Origin: Eledone cirrhosa
Lineage: Eukaryota
DNA length: 64,000 bases
Assembly: GCA_964016885.1 (NCBI GenBank)
Contig: OZ024745.1
Coordinates: 111,724,001-111,788,000, forward strand
Reading direction: 5' to 3'
The position numbers and the translations under genes are program-made. The notes beneath the pieces were generated by a model, which saw only the letters and a program-made list of their open reading frames with translations, searched no databases and was not told the origin of the DNA. Of this stretch, positions 49,301-64,000 are shown piece after piece. Positions within the stretch are counted from its first letter, which is position 1; the number at the start of each line of letters is the position of its first letter.

Positions 49301-50272
49301 AAGCAGATTTCAGTTTTAAATTACACTTGAGCAAATGAAACTAAATTTAAAAAAAAAAAAAAAAAAGAATTAAAGCAATTTGTCAAATACCAATCAATAT
49401 TCCATTGAATCTTTTCAAACAAATGGGAAGAAAAAAATGCTTCATTAAATAAAACCGAAAATATTCCCAAATCTATTATTTTCCAAGTTTTTAAAAGCAA
49501 AGCACAAGAATTTTTCTTATTGGTTGTTTTTCAATGTATTCTAGTTTAAAATTAAACTAAGTACAAAAACCATGTGCTCAGGTAATGAAACAACCTAGTC
49601 CAAATAAAAAAAAAATATAAAAAAACGCACATGGCTTACATTGATAACTTACTGAACGATGACCAATAATAAAAAAAGCTAATTTGTAAACAGAATGGAT
49701 ACTGATCGTTGATCCAAGTTGAAATATTCAGACACATTTTGATTAAAAAAAATTGCAAAAGTTTGTGTGCACACGATTTTATTAAAAAAAAAAGAACTAG
49801 GTTTTCATTCAATTAAATTTGGACAAGAATAACTGAAAAGCTGCATACCAGTGAAACGACAAGCTTTCTCCAAAAGGGGGTTAAAATAAAAAAAATTTAA
49901 ATGAAAAAAAAGACAAAAAAAAAACAGAAAACAGCTTTCAGCAGGCCATAACTGTGAAGACGAGGACAAAGAGCCTTGAATCAATGTTGGTTTATTACAA
50001 ATGATGGTACATGTAAGTAAGTATTGTATTTTAGAGGATCAGACAAGAGAAATCCCCAACTGGCAAGGAATAGTGATCAAAATCTGTATCAGATCCAACA
50101 TCAAAAGGAGCAAGAGGAGGACGACGACGTGATTGACACACCAACCATGATCCATACATAAAAGCTAATAAAAGGCTAGAAGACAAGTGAACAAAAAGTG
50201 GTCCATGTATCAATTAAAATGTTTGCTTCTGATGTGTAGACATGATGATTGAAGATGTGAAATGTCTCCAGT

Positions 50273-63929
<13,657 letters not shown>

Positions 63930-64000
63930 CGCTGCTGTAGTTGTGACTAAGCCTTTCTCTCACTCTCTCTCTCACTGTCTTGCGTGTGTGTATGAGTGAG

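Overview
AT-rich eukaryotic genomic DNA, most likely a coleoid cephalopod (Octopus-like; inferred only from the (ATG)n-tailed RTE LINEs, tRNA-SINEs and microsatellite load). It holds two convergent, intron-rich splicing-factor genes that I assembled by hand with consistent exon phases. On + is a SUGP1/SF4 orthologue (14 coding exons, 6234-41081, ~767 aa; one recognisable SURP domain, ULM motif, G-patch, C-terminal NNPRRPYY). On - is a MYEF2/hnRNP M family gene (12 coding exons, 63929-50273, ~657 aa; three RRMs, Gly/Met-rich domain) with two GT-AG U12-type introns. Introns are full of decayed RTE LINEs, SINEs, TTAA-type MITEs, a Helitron and a mariner relic. The most interesting signals concern splicing regulation: (1) two same-phase, position-homologous U12 introns that each carry one copy of an inverted MITE pair, allowing an in-frame U12-to-U12 skip or a stop-free circle; (2) a SUGP1 3' splice site where the strong upstream AGs all give premature stops and the productive AGs form a weak in-frame ladder; (3) a chain of non-coding exons downstream of the MYEF2 stop; (4) a LINE zinc-finger fragment positioned for in-frame exonisation in SUGP1. 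All of these regulatory interpretations are untested hypotheses.
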